Shown here: piece after piece, positions 38,201 through 52,269 of the stretch
How positions within the stretch are numbered: position 1 is the first letter of the stretch
Layout of the letters: every line of letters begins with the position of its first letter
Source: Balanoglossus misakiensis
Lineage: Eukaryota > Animalia > Hemichordata
DNA length: 64,000 nucleotides
NCBI GenBank assembly: GCA_040954595.2
Contig: CM082581.2
Location: forward strand, 14,437,350-14,501,349
Direction: 5' to 3'
Made by a program: the position numbers and the translations under genes
Notes under the pieces: model-generated
What the model saw: the letters and a program-made list of their open reading frames with translations, nothing else
Databases searched by the model: none
Told to the model about the DNA's origin: nothing

Positions 38201-40335
38201 TAAATTTACCTGCTATATTCAGATCGTATTTACTATCATGAAAAGTTTTTTTTTTATAGAAAATCCACACTAGTATTATGTATGGTAAAACAATAATGAA
38301 ACTCAATAGGCAGCCATGTGCAAAATAAGGTCATCAAACAATGGTCAATACATCACCAATATGTAAATATTGTATTCCATTGGGTACCTACAATAATAAC
38401 ACCTACCAGTAGAATTTATTAGCCAAGTAACACTGTAATCTCTTTCATTGTCACAAGATCAATACATAACAGACAATGGTAAACGCACCATTTATTAAAA
38501 GCCACTACAATGGTTTATTTTTGTTTTTGACAAAGACACATTTCTTTCATATTCAGCACAGTGGGACTGTTATTGTTCACCAGTACACTGTATACTACAT
38601 GCTTTGAATGGCAACACCATTCCAATAGCTACAACACAAGTTTCATGTTATTCCTCACAGAAAGGAAACAAAAAAACAGTTTCCAGATTAGACAGGGTTT
38701 GGTTTAGACAGGTTTTTCTGCACTTAGTAAGTTTAGTCAATTAGCTAGGTACTTGTATTTTCCTAGGTAAGCGTGCAGTGTTCTCTATAGAGCAGTAATG
38801 TTGTTCCTTTCCTCCAATTTTTTGGAAAATAGAAACAATTAACATAATAATAACCACTAGTATTGTTATGCAAAGTACTAGCAGCCCCTATCCTATCAAA
38901 AAATTCTGGGGAGAACACAGGCCATGCTAACCAGTCAGCCAGATAGATGGGAACTTGTAATTTCAACTTGTTTCAAATTTCTTCTGGACCTTTACATTTG
39001 AGCTTGATAGATGCCCATTTCATGAACTAGTTGAATCTGTATGTGCCCTAACAGATGAACCAAAGACAGCATCAGACCACAGTCCCTATATTACAATGGA
39101 CTGATCACATTATCTACAGGGACTTTCAAAAAAGTTTATTCAAATTATTTTATTATTCAGGACCACAACTGGCCAATTAGTACCCCCACACACACAATGT
39201 CTCCCTAAGTCAGTGAAGCACCTCAGGTTTGTTTTCTGGCATGAATGCATCTGATGTTGAATGCCTTTGATGTGCACCTGTCTGGAGAGTGAATCAACAA
39301 AAGAATTGACCAATCAGAAGCAACCTTGTGAAGTTGTTCAAACCCAACTCACATTTTCACATTTTTGGCTGGTCAGTCCTTTTGTCCAATACAACAGGTG
39401 CATAATGTTACATGTATATAAATGAATGTAGCTAGCTTAGTGGGTTCATTACTGGCTTGCTGTTTGCACCAGGAGGACTTGGGCTTGGTCCTGTAAGCCT
39501 GCTGCTTTTCATTTGTTTGGTGAACCTACAGCATGTATTTTCTGAATTGAGAGTTTGTACAACCAGGCTTGGATGGACTTTATTAGCTCAGGATACATGG
39601 CAAGGTGTAACCTCAAGTGAGTAGCTGGGCCTGCAGAATGGCTCATGAACGTTCTGTATACAAACAAACCAACTCAGTTTCCTGGTGCAGCCAGCAAGTC
39701 CGTGTTCAGTAGAACAGCAGAATCCAGTCAAAACCCACAGAAGAAAAGCCTCGAATATGTATACTACATCCCACATATTTCAATGTCATGATGTGCGTCA
39801 CTTTGTAATGCATCTCAAATTTTATGTCAATGATCTCTCTCAATAAGATGGCGCAGAAACCGTGGCATTTTCAGAATTTCGGTTGTTTTTCTTTCAAAAT
39901 AAACAATCTCACTGTCATACACGGAAATTATTAGGGGGTATCACGATCGGATCGCCAGTGGTTTTGTAAACTGGTTTTCCTATTTTCTGTGGGGCATTTT
40001 TAGATGTAAATATGGCCGGACACACTGCCCCCTACAGCGAAAGTGAATGTACATTCAAACTTATGAAGTGTCCTACAATTTCGAACGATCGCGACGAAAA
40101 ACCGGTTCGTTTCTTTTCTCGATAGGTATATATGAAAAAGAAATATTAAAACGGTGTAGTATTCAATTGTGATTACCAATTTAAACAAAACGGAGTCGTT
40201 GCGCAGGCTTTTTCAGCGCACAGAACGAAGTTGATCGAACTCGGAATACTGTTGTCATGACTCGTTCTGGAACATATAATGGAACAAGCGGAGACATACT
40301 TACATCACAACGCGAGAAATAATATATGAAACCAT
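20264..40335 (-). CDS. REEP: Receptor expression-enhancing protein, REEP1-4 subfamily (TB2/DP1/HVA22). Exons 40335-40304, 31747-31675, 23157-23081, 22699-22579, 22262-22149, 21806-21674, 21522-21287, (20613-20574), 20335-20264; about 285 aa
   Basis: [58 protein letters not shown]/..[45 protein letters not shown]. Exon sizes 32/73/77/121/114 match the vertebrate REEP1-4 layout as I recall it. The low-complexity C-terminal exons are less certain. Confidence 0.92.
26373..26999. mobile_element. Kolobok/T2-type MITE (element 26377-26995, TTAA TSD, ~250-bp near-perfect TIRs) in REEP intron 2
   Basis: TTAA-AGGGG...CCCCT-TTAA termini. The arms 26377-~26630 and ~26743-26995 are reverse complements, which explains the twin ORFs in the track. 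Confidence 0.9.
30985..31076 (+). repeat. 3' end remnant of a microsatellite + stem-loop + A-tail interspersed repeat (DINE/HINE-like); similar ends at about 25530-25590 and 27735-27791
   Basis: (GAYA)n run, then GTCTCCC-TACGACTTTGTCTGT-GGGGAC hairpin, then AAAAAA; the related copies end in GGGGCTAAAAA and GGGGACTAAAA. Confidence 0.45.
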
Positions 40336-41009
40336 TCTGGCACGGTCGATTGCCTAGAAAACTACGCAGAGGGCAGCAAAACTGAAGAAAAAACTGAACA
40401 TTCGAAAGCGCATACTGTACTGTTACGATCCGTTTACACCTCCGCCATTTTGAATGACTTTATTTATGTCAGAGATCACGTGACGTAAACAAGATGTACT
40501 GGTGCATCTCCCTTCACTTGTGCTGATGAGAAATTAAAAAAATCTCCATCGCGTTTCTGCTTCTATTAAAACCATTTTTTTTGTAAAATGCCAAGTTATT
40601 TTAATTTTTGAGAAAATATTTCATTTACGTACATATTTTCAAAGCATTTTATTTTTTGTGACCTTTGAATTTAGTAGGATTCTGTCAGTTTTTTCTTAGA
40701 ACATTTCATTGTTTATATCATTTAATTAGTTCATGCAAAATTTAACTAATACATGAAATAAAAAAAATAATCGATAGCAACAACTTATTTTGGGATTCAT
40801 TTTTTCATCACTTTCGGGAGCGCGGACGTATACAAAAGTAACCTTGGTTGACCTCTTCCCTGACCCTACACATCACATGTATTGAATTATCCATACGCCG
40901 GGATCCCTCGGAGAGAGCGAGACGTTGTATCAAACTTCTATCAAAATTCTGCGGAATTTCACTCAAATTTCAAGTGGTTTGTAGGAAAATGTTAGTCTAG
41001 ACTACCAAC
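40336..41009. promoter_or_regulatory. Bidirectional promoter REEP / JMJD1C (674 bp between start codons)
   Basis: Head-to-head ATGs at 40335(-) and 41010(+); YY1-like CCGCCATTTT at 40442; overlapping E-box/CRE TCACGTGACGT at about 40476; CpG-rich flanks. Confidence 0.75.
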
Positions 41010-41171
41010 ATGGTTATCCAACCTCGCGAGGAACTTGTCGGAAAGCGGTTTCTGTTCGTAAATGGTACGGGCAAGCTGAAACTGAGTAAGATTGAGGATT
41101 GGGATTGGCGAGCTGGTATTATCAGGGCTGTGGATAACTGGACTAAGGGACAATCAAATCCAGATCTTGCG
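41010..41171 (+). CDS. JMJD1C: First coding exon of a JMJD1C/KDM3-family JmjC histone demethylase; intron 1 starts at 41172 and appears to extend past the window end
   Basis: MVIQPREELVGKRFLFV...WDWRAGIIRAV...SNPDLA|gtatgt matches the JMJD1C N-terminus (RAELVGKRFL...WRAGVIRAV...NPDLA); phase-0 donor. No exon 2 (VxVEFD) was found by eye in the remaining 23 kb. Confidence 0.9.
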
Positions 41172-44100
41172 GTATGTTGTCAAAATTTCACCCGTGCACT
41201 CACTCTCCCCCTCTCCCTTACCCCCAGAACACACACGAAGATGGTCTTCCATCGATTGGCGACTGACACTCCGGCAGAATCTGTCGGAATGCTCGTCTTT
41301 GTTGGGCCAGTGCGAACTGATAGCCTTGCACCGAAAATATTTGGTGTTCACATTGGCCCCGGTCACGCACCCTATCAGTACCAACGAATGAGGAAGTTCC
41401 CTATTGTCGCAACTGATCCCCCCCTGTCCATTTCTTTCCGGCGTTGTTTCCTGTCACGCTATGAAACATACATACGTGATTCACCTATGTCAAAATCATT
41501 CAACCTCGATCCTGCCTTCAGAAATAGTGGTCTGGTGGGATTTTTTTAATACAATTTGTAAACTGATATTGTCATTGACACATAAAATCAAAGCAAATGC
41601 ACTGGCTTTAAAATCTTGTTCAAAATGCTTGAGAAATTTTTATTAAATTAAATTCGTCTCTCTTATTCCTTCGAGCACTGTATTTTTACTTTTGTGGTCC
41701 GTGGCACTTATTAGAAAACACTTTAATTGTTTCTGTACCAAGAGAAGAAGAATGCGGTATAAATTACAAAATCATCCTTTCTTGTGCAACTGGACTTTTG
41801 ACGCCACGTATTAGTACACCAAGTTGTACTCTTAAACGGCATTACGACTTGCGAGTCCGGACGCTATTGATTCTGACATGCAGGCAGGAAACCAAAAATA
41901 GTGGCGGCATAAGTTGAAAGATTCCAGTGACCTCGAGCATTGTTGAGTCATGAAATTTGATAATTGTTAGCAAATAGGTCAGAAGGCTTTTTTCTATAAA
42001 AGGCAACCTTGGAATTGTTTGTGGGAATGGATGTAGTATTCTAAAATGTTAGATTCTCACCCAAATATAAAGCTATCAGTAGTACTTCATGATAGCAGGA
42101 TTCTGGTTAAACCTAATGGAAAATATTTCTATGATCAGTTGAAATAGTCTCAAGCCACAGTGTGGCAGTTTGTTATTTTTGTATACAGACCACATCTCTC
42201 TGGCATTGAGAACGGTCTGTTTCAACGTTTATTGGATAGTGTACTGCTGTGTAATGAGTTATATTGTTACGTGTGAGCCAGTTGATGGGAATACTGCACA
42301 CATTGGTATGTGAAGCACAGGCCACTTTCAAGCCTTGCCTGGACATGTGAAACCTGAGCTTTTGGCCCGTAGGCTGTACCAGACAAATACTAATACAACA
42401 AACAGCAATGTTGGATAAAAAATAAGCCATGCTTAACCAGTGGTCTAGGCATGACTTTGCCTACAACTTGTCTGAATGTTATCTGACTAAACTAACAGGT
42501 TAGGTCACCACAGGCTGTAGAGAATAGACTAGAAAATTTCATTTCACAAAAGCAGAAAACTACATTGGTGAACCACTACAGATTTGGTACCAAATGTTCA
42601 TTTATATTTTTTTTTTACATTTGCCCAACATTTTTTACAACAAAAGTGGCACTTCAAGATAAATAGTCCAGACTTAGCAGTTTTTGACAGAATAATATGG
42701 CACATTGACAGTCTGTCTAGCCATAAAGTAATACACAGCTATAAATGTTTAAGATGACAAACTGTTAAAGCTCTACCTTTGTATGGTATTCTCCTAATTT
42801 GACTGCAAATGTAATCCTTAGTTCATCCCTTTCAAAATGTATTCATTAGGGGTACAAATGGGTTAATTTGATGCAGTGTTTTTATTCATGGTAGATAGAG
42901 GTGAGAAATTGATTTTTTTATGGTCAGGTATTGTCAGTATAGCTGATGTAAAAACTGCTGTCGTGTTTTTGAATTGAGTGCATGCAGACATTTGAAAAGC
43001 CGCTTTTTAATGGTCATGTTTGGAGTGAATGGGAGCTTAAGTTTGACGAATGAACTGACTCTGCCAAGCAACCCACATATTCATTAAATAACTGGACATT
43101 GTTTTAAAACAAGTGAACAATAAAAAGTGATCAGTACAAAGACCCCTTCTGTCCCTTTGAATGACTTTGGACATGTTTGTTGCTTGGCCAGTGTTTGATC
43201 AAATGAACTGGTGGTGGTATTTCCTTGACAAAGTGCCAATGAAAATAATAATGATTCACCAGTTGTCTGTTTGCCAGTAAAATGGGCAAGCGTGTACTTG
43301 TAAGGTGAAAATGTCAGGGGAAACTAATCTGAGATTAGTAATGTATAACCCTAGGCCTCTGGATGCCAGCTTTCTCTCCAAGAAATTAAAGTTTCACTGA
43401 CATGACAATGAACTAATTTTTGGTGGCTTTTTTGGTTAATTGGTATAACTTCACTTCAAATGACTATTTTTATCTGTGTCGTTTACATAGTAGATATTAG
43501 CCCATCTATTCAGCTGCATATGTGTTGTACAAAATACAGTACAAATACAGCAGATGAGAAGTGCAACTACATACCATACATGTATCTTTAAAGTTATTAC
43601 CATCATCATGTTGTTAGCAACAATTTTGATCCAAATGAAGTAAACTGATTTTGTGGTTTTCATTCTCCTTCTATAAAAGCTAGCGTTTTGTCCCCCCTTG
43701 GTGATAACATTTATCTTGAACAGTGGTTTGTTCAAAATTAATTTCAACTGTTTTGGACCAGGCCTTCGTGTGTATTTGCTCAATGTGACTGAGGTCACTT
43801 GATGAATATACAAATGTATCAGCAATCTAAATCTTTTGCTATCTGATTGCAGTTTGAACAGGTTCCACAAATTAACTATTTCTTCCCTAGAGGTGTTAGA
43901 GTATTCATTTTGAGTTCTGCTATTTTTGTCCTTTTCACAAATTGATTCCAGTTTCTCAGGGAGTTCTTTAACTATTTTTACCAGCTAAGATTTAAAACAA
44001 CTTCAAATAAAAGGCCATGTTATTTTTTTACAGTTTCTCTCTAGTTTGCTTCTTGTGACATGATTGATTCTAAAACCGAACAGCAACAGCAAAACACTTA

Positions 44101-45047
44101 TCGGAAAGAAGTAATTTCATCTAGCTTTTGTATGTGAGTGCTAGATTTCTCAATTTCACTTGCAGTGGTTCCTGCAGGTCAGAGAAGAGAAACAAGTCTT
44201 TTCAGTCTTTGTAATGGGAGAAGATTGTTATTTCAAGTGGGATCTGCAGAGTGAGAAACTTAATGAGAGTAGTCGTCATGTATGCGAGTGAATGTTGTAG
44301 TGAATGCTAATGCTTGGAAGTTTTTTGATAGATCGGGTCATTACTTCAGTGTCAGCCAGTTGAAATTTCGAAGATTGATCAGGTAAATGGAATATAAAAG
44401 AGAACATCTTTGGCAACGACAGCCTTTGGAATGATGGGATGCCATACATTGCCATGGTAAAATGATAAAATATTTACTGTGCACCGTTTTCATGCATGGG
44501 TGGAAGTCTTTATTACTCACAAATGTGATGTAAATATCTAAAACCCTGACATGTCAAGTAAGTGTATCAGTGTTGTGACCCCAGTGAAAGAAAGACAACT
44601 TTTCATTTTGAACGCTGTCTCTGTCTTTGATGTTTAAATTCTGTGATTGTAGTCGGCGTTCATAATCGACCACTCAGTATCTGAGTACTGCTTACAACAT
44701 GGGTTTAGGCCTTGTGTTTACCACATATTGAAGAGAATATGAAGTTGCATGTATCTCCGTACATGTAAAAAGTTTGACCCTCTGAGAATGTTGACAGACA
44801 CACCTTTATTTGTATGGCATGCCCATTGACAGGTCAGTTTTGCTGTTCACCGGTGTTTCCAGTCAGCATATTAATTGGTGACGAGTATTTTGCTGGTGTT
44901 GACATCCCGGCCAGATGGAATGGACATACAGTAGTTGCATGTACCCTCAGATATTTCTATGCTATTGTCATTGGGTCCTGCAGAAGAAGATTGATGTGTT
45001 CCCTAAGCACATTAGTATTTTCATCCTGTTCTGTTCAATTCCCACTG

Positions 45048-45106
45048 GGAAATATTTTGGGAAGCCCTGACAATAGTGGAGAATATTTTGGGAAGCCATA
45101 ACAATG
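45048..45106. repeat. Tandem duplication of about 31 bp
   Basis: aatattttgggaagccctgacaat ... aatattttgggaagccataacaat. Confidence 0.7.
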
Positions 45107-48100
45107 CAGCATTGTACAGAGAGAGGCAAATTAGAAGAGTTGGTCAGTTCTCTCTGTTTATTGTTGCTGTGTGACACACCCTATGTGTGCACCCTTTGTT
45201 GTGGTGCAAACTGTATTCTGTCTGAGTGAACTTCAGACACTAGCGAATGCAAAAAAATGGCACTTCAGCATAAATCTAACCTCTCAACCAGAGGTGATGC
45301 ATAACTCCAGCTTCGTCTGAAGAGATTTGTTTCTCGGAAGATCAGACAGTGTCGTATATCTTCAGTGCCAGACACCATTTCATTTTATTTGATCCCTGGT
45401 TCAAAGTACAGGGAATTTTTAAAGAGCCTTTGTGCCTTACTATGGTGACAATCAAATCTTTGTTATAGTTACAGATGGGCCTGAAAGAATGCAATTTTCC
45501 CGAGGTTACATATTCAACTTTTGAACCATCTCTGATTTTGTATTGTGCCGTTTGTCTGTTTGTTTCTTCACACATTCATCAAGAACGGAGGGAAAAAAAC
45601 AAATTTACAAAGAGCATTGTTGGGAGTGGCCTTTACGATGGTTTTGTGCTATTGAGAGGAGGCTGTTTTGGCCTGTAATATTTTAACTATTCACTCCCCA
45701 CAGCAACAGACATTGGACCAGCTGCGTCTTGCAAGGATTGTTATTTTACCATTCATGGATAAAATATTACCCAGTAGCTGTTGCTATTTTGTGTCGAGAC
45801 TTTTCCTAATTGCATGTGATCTGGCATTGACCTCATCTAAATCTTTGGGCTTCTGTTTACTGCCAGGCACAAAAGATGGATTGTGCTAGTATTTCTCGCC
45901 AAGGGTGAAGTAATGCCATCTTTGTCGAGTGCTATGTTCAAAATATCATCAGTTGAGACTGTGAACCAGATAGTAGAGGCTGAATGGTTGTGCTGAAAAT
46001 ACGAGCGTCACTTGAAATTTTCGGAATTACAGATTTTGTGGCACATTCTTGAATGGTGGACTTGGTATTATTTTGTGTCAGAATGGGATTATTTGCCAAG
46101 GTTACCAATGAATGAGGCCATAAAAAGCAGTGCCAATGTTTGGCAACGCATCTCTCTACCAGCTAATGTCATTTTCCCCTGACATTTTACTGTATTCCCT
46201 TTGGAAGCCTTGATTAATTTTCCTGTGCTGTTGCTGTTGTTGATGCCAACAAGTGTGTTCTGAATAGTAAATGATGAAGATGAAACCCCTAATTACCCAT
46301 ACATGTAGCTGTTGGCAACTGTTCAGTGCTAATTATAGAAGGGCTGCACACTGGTTACCCCCAATAGCAGTATGGCAGCCTGAGATCCGTAGAGGTCGAT
46401 GAGAAATATTTGTAATTTTCAGAATATCTGTGATAATGATGTTTGAGTGTCGGTGGAAGAGACCAATGTGTTCTCTACAGTGGGTGTCCTCCGAAGTCTG
46501 ATATCAGTTGGTTGAGTAGAATCTGCAGAGAAGGTCCCAGAGTGACTGCTGCTGTCTCTGTCCTTATAATTGATCGCTGCTAGATCTCAGATAAGCAGTT
46601 GGCATCAAGCTATCAGAAATGACTGATTTGTATCCAATTATCTTTCCTGTAATGGGGAGGGGGGCGTTCATGGGGTGTCATGTGTTGCATCCTTTATTCC
46701 CAGGCAAATTATGTCATGCAATACGTGTTGGAGTTTGGTGGAGAATGCATAACAGCAAGGATTTTTGTGTATCCTTGTCGTTGTTGATGTTGTGGAGTTT
46801 TGCTCAAGATTGTGGAAGTTGTCTTTGGAGTGAAAGCCTTATTTTTGTTTCTAGTCAACAGTGCATGTGTATCATCCAAGGAATTGAATAAAATATGCTG
46901 AATATACATGTAGCAGCGTAGACAATAACCTGTGTTTTGATTATGCATACATGTTCATGTTTTGTCACTGCATGATTTCAATTACAACACAGGTGTTAAT
47001 CTCACCAGTGAAAAGACTTTGTGATACTCTGATTGAACCTTCACACATTTTGTTGTGCAAAACATTATGTGATTGTACAGCAGAAGAGGTGTTTGCCAGG
47101 TCTTGAAGTGGTGTCATGCAGGGTTTACCAAAGGTCCTGTCATTTTAGATTTTCACTAGAGACTACCACTGCCAAGCCAGGGTGTAAAATCCATAGAAAT
47201 ATGCAGGGATGATTCCCACCAGTCTATTGGTGTTGGTCCAGGCACTGCTATGTGATTTATTCAATTGACCTTTTGCACAGAGAGATTGCACATGGTTGAT
47301 AGTCCTGATAATGTCACCAGTGACCTGGGGGGCGTTCCGACTCTTAGGCAGTCCCACTTTCTCTGAAATAATAAATCAACCATTTATTTTTAATTTGACA
47401 AAGTATAATCCAGAATGATTTGACAAGTTCAAGGGTTTTACCGTAACCTTCAACTTATCATGTGACAGGAGCAATTGAAACATGTTAAGCCAAGAGCTGA
47501 ACTCAATTAGTGGACTGTACCCAGAATTATCAATACAATTCACCAGCTGTTGGAATTTGGAAAGAATATTAAGGTGCTATAAATAGTGGTGCCGATAAAA
47601 CATCTAGCTTTATAGCATTTTTGTTAGCGAACACAAAATTTAATGAAACAGTCATGGAAATAAAATAAGTGAAGCAGAGAAATCTTGCATCATGTAAACA
47701 TAAGTTTGATTTTGTTTCTCGTAGACATTCATGAGAAATTAAAAAAAAATATGTTACAATATTTATATCACTTTTCACATTTAATTATTGGCCATTGTTT
47801 AACTATCATAGAGTTTTACATTAAGCAGTATTGAAAATATAGATAATAGTGATTTTGACATTAAATCTCAAAAATAATGATTCTGTACATGTGCAAAACT
47901 CATCCATGCTAGTTACTGAAACTGGTTTCGAGCATATTTTTGCGTTTGATGAGAAATGTGACCTTTGGTTACCATGAAGCTTTCCATAATCAATGAGACT
48001 TATAAATTACAGCAATAACATTTTATGAGTCTGTTTGATACTGCTGACCAGTTTAACTGCTGACAAAACCCATGGCTCTCAGCCAAGACAATTTGACTAT

Positions 48101-51052
48101 CTTATTGGTCAGGAGAACTATGCAGGCAGGCTGTGTGAATTATTACAGAGAAACTTTCTAGTGTGGCAAAGCTTGAAGTAGGGTGTAACATCTGATCTGA
48201 TGGGGAGAAGACTTAATGTAACAATGCAATGTTGTTTTCCAATCCTTGCTGGAAGCAAATTAATGTTTCAAGTGTAATTTGTTTCACGCTGATATCGAAT
48301 TGATGTTTAAAGTTGTAATCCCATTTTGAAATATTGTTCTGATCTTGGTACAGTGAAGTGATTTGAATGGTAATAAGAGAAGCACTGTTTTGTTATCATA
48401 TCCATATCTTATAATAGATAAATAATTATTTCATCATGCCCTGGTATCCTTACACGTAGCTGGAATATCAATGATTAGAAGTGACCACACATTTTGCAAT
48501 TATACATCCATGATGAGACTTTTCAAATCTGGCAGAGTTTGGGTGGCCATATCATAATCCCTGGTTCTTTAATTAGGTAACCTGGCATATGTAGAAATCC
48601 CATTGAAGGACATTTGACTGTAAATCCTGTCAGTTGGTGCTGTTCTAACTTGCCTACAGTCTGCAAACATTGTATTGTTAGTTGCCATAACGATTGTGAT
48701 GGTTTTCCTGTATTGGGTACACCCATTTTTGGCCACGGCATATTTTTTTACAAAGTCAAGCAGCAAGCTGGTGTCTTTGTCCAACTAGAACATGGACATT
48801 TTGTTGGTGTATGAATATAAAACCTTGCAGCTTTTGATACACCCATTACAAGCACACATTCATCTCTTTGTGATTGCTTTGAAACTGAAATCATGGAAGT
48901 TGAACACTCTTCATGATGACATTGCTCATTGGTTAATGAGATTACCTCTGTGTCTGCAGACATGCAAGAATTAATTTGCTGACATAACATCTAGTATGTG
49001 TATCTAATAACTTGTGGCTCGGCAATGTTTCCTCAGAAATTTAATTTAAATGCGACATCCTAAAAATTAAAATTGCACGAAATGAATTCCCCAAACCTGA
49101 TGTACGTACATGTAGTGCCACTTCACGTACTGGTGGCATCGAGGTTTTAGTATTGTGATACCCTTGTCCGGGGTCAGACACTGTGATTATCAGGAATGAG
49201 TAATAACCAGCTGCAAGCAACATCTCACTATATGCTTGCTCTAATGGAAAATCTAAATGGGGCTTAATCATTTCCCATAATAATTGAGGTACAAGAGGGA
49301 AATTGCATGGAGACACAGTCTTAGCCGTGACGCCAGACTGGTTGCTTAGTCGACAACACAAATGGAGATTACAAAAGTAGGAAACAGTTGACCATCATGT
49401 CGGTAGAGTGAATCCAGTTTTGGAACTGTTGTTTTCTGTCGCACCGAGTCTGATCAGTGAACTGGAAAGGCGAGTTAGTTTCTAGATTGCTTGTCACCTT
49501 ATAAACACTGCAGTGGTTCAAAAGATAAAATTTACTTGTATTCTGAAAATATATGTGGGATTTCATGTCACCCCAACTCAGTCCATGAACATTTTACCAT
49601 GGTAGAAAATTGCCCATTTTGATGGTTATTTGTTGTGGCGTGTGGGACTGAAGCAGAGGCAAGTTCATTTTGTACTTTGTCGGTCCTGGCAAAAAAATCA
49701 ACCTGTTTTTATATCATGCATGAAATGTTAGTGCTAAAAGATTACAGCCTGTCATGAAAATTAAGATCTCCAGTCCAGGATACAGACTGCCATCTGATTA
49801 AAAAGTCTCACAGAAAACTGTCCGAGTCTGATTTCCTATCAAAGGCCCTGACATAAACCAAAGACATAAAAATAAGGACTCGTCTGGTTTCTGTGATATT
49901 CTTGATATTTTTCCTTGCCTGTCCGTTGGTTGTCTGGATGTGTCTAAGGAAGTAAAATAAGACATGGGTGTGATACATGAGCAAAATTACTTTAATATTC
50001 ATGAGACTTTTATAAAAAATCTTATGATTGTTCTTAAATGTTAAACAGATTTTTCCTGGTTATCTCCTTGTTTGCATATTCTTTTTGTTTTAAATATTAA
50101 AATCATCCAAGCCATTATCGTCTTGTCCAAATTTCCTTCTGTAATTAAATCATGAAATACTGATAATTATAATTTCCCAATGTAATAATCAACTCTGGTC
50201 GTGAACTCCTTTTATAGTGTATTTAAAAAAGAAAACTCATTACCTAATATAATCTCTCTGAGATCCCTGGGGTTTTCAGCTTTCATGAACCCCAGACCAT
50301 TTTCTGAGAGCAATTTCTGAATAGAGAAAGCCACACAAATTGCTTGCCCTAGTTAGTTTCAACCCACTGTCAATAATTTATCACTCAGATGAACTCACAC
50401 TAAGCCAGACCCTGGCTACATTGAATCTATGGAATGACTGGGGATGGATGGATGCATGTTTGGAGGATGAATCATCACAGTAGAAAATAGAGCAGATCAA
50501 AAAAATAAAACACAGTTCGGTGACTGCAGAGCTCAAATTCCCACCTGTAAGCTTACGATACAGTAGGTTTGTTATTTGCAACAATTACTAGATATCGTGG
50601 AAATGAGTTGTTTTCTTCTTCAAGAATATGATTATCACAAATATGGTTATTTTGATCACAGAATCCAGTGTCCAACAACATCAACATCTCATGAGTCTGT
50701 GTTTAGTTTTGTTTGACCCCAGCAGTAGTCCCCAGGTCATAGTAACAGTGCACTGCATGTTTTACACAAATTTATAGAATAAACACAGTAATTTTTATGA
50801 AACAACCTAAAATATTAAGAACCGTGCGAGATGATAGCTATCAAAGACCTAAATTGTAGATGTCATTGATGTGGCTGAAATTCTGCCAGCCATACATGAT
50901 TTTATTGTAGCAGCCAGCAGATCAGAAAGCTTGCCTTGGGCATTGCTAGGTAAATTTGATTGACAGATGGTTGCATGCTCATAGGTCCAGGCTGTTTACC
51001 ATGAAATTCTAGTTTCTGGTTGTGCTATTTTGGCCGGCGTTATGGGAGAGAT

Positions 51053-52269
51053 CAATCTGATTAAAATCAGATGTAGGGAACGGCGACGTGGTTTTTTTAT
51101 GCTGTCGCCTCACACTACATCTGACCAACTACAACTGGAGATCTCGCTGAACTCCGCGAGAATTACTGGGATTCTAATCCAATCAGAAGGCGCCTTATAG
51201 CAAATGATAGGCAACCCACAATCACATGACCTGGCCCCTTGCGGTTGTTACCATGGAGCTACCACAGACATAAATCCCGGGCGCGAGAGTCGAATCAGCG
51301 TGGGGAATGGTTTTCGAGCCAGTTCAGCGTGACGACTGAACCTCTATATTCCACCGGTCAACGAAATGTATAAGACGTGGCAACATGTCGCAGTAAAATT
51401 GTTAGAGAATCGATTACATTTGTGTAAGGCCGTCCCAGGGAGAGATTCTGTCGCCGCGATCGTTTGTTTACACGAGAGTGCACTGACTTGACTAGCTCTG
51501 CGTGCAGGTCTGTGTGTTCCCGGCGTTACACGGATGTTAGAAGAAGTTAATCGCATCATATTTGGGGTCGGTTGAAGTAGACAGGGAAAGGATTTTGCTT
51601 CGATAAAATCGAATTTCGACAGGAAAAGCTGCGGTCGGGCGTCTGGGTCCGGACCGCAGACGCAACAGTTTTGTCTATGGGGCCTTATGCAGGGCTGTGG
51701 TGCGTCGGGAACACACAGACCTGAAGGCGGAGCTATGACTTGACATTTCTTAGCCGAAGTTAGCGTTCTTTTTATATATCTGTCACATAAATTGTTTTGG
51801 GATACTTGGCAGTGAAATTTGGTTTATTTTTTATAAACTTTTACATGAAGTACGTCATTTTCCGACTGGCAGCATGACTACGAGGGCGAACATGACTTGT
51901 TAGGAGAGTTTATAAATGATCAACGACAGTTTATCATTTGTATATGGCTACAGCTCGACGTTTCCACTGCTCTGCGAAAACCACTCGAATACGATGACGC
52001 CAAACAATAAAAGGTACCATGGGATTACATGTAAATTGTTCACGAGAGAAAGCCAATCTTTCGTATTCTGTGCGATACTCGAAGTCAACAACAACATTTC
52101 TCCCATCTCCCAGTGCAATTCTTTAGTCGGCATAACACGCAATCTGATTGGCCGGGTCGGAACGCGAGAGTTCAGCGAGATCTCCAGTTGTAGTTGGTCA
52201 GATGTAGTGTGAGGCGACAGCATAAAAAAACCACGTCGCCGTTCCCTACATCTGATTTTAATCAGATTG
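51053..52269. mobile_element. 1217-bp non-autonomous DNA transposon with ~102-bp perfect TIRs and a 9-bp TSD GGGAGAGAT (AcademH- or Mutator-like) in JMJD1C intron 1
   Basis: TIRs CAATCTGATTAAAATCAGATGTAGGG... at 51053-51154 and the reverse complement at about 52168-52269; identical TSDs at 51044-51052 and 52270-52278; no transposase ORF. Confidence 0.92.
51493..51735. mobile_element. 243-bp MITE nested in the 1.2-kb element; TAGCTC...GAGCTA termini, 9-bp TSD TGACTTGAC
   Basis: TSDs at 51484-51492 and 51736-51744; subterminal inverted repeat CAGGTCTGTGTGTTCCCG / CGGGAACACACAGACCTG. Confidence 0.85.

Noticed and set aside
41172-41549. Continuation of the 179-aa ORF beyond the JMJD1C donor
   Set aside because: Similarity to JMJD1C stops at the GCG|gtatgt donor; the rest is intron read-through.
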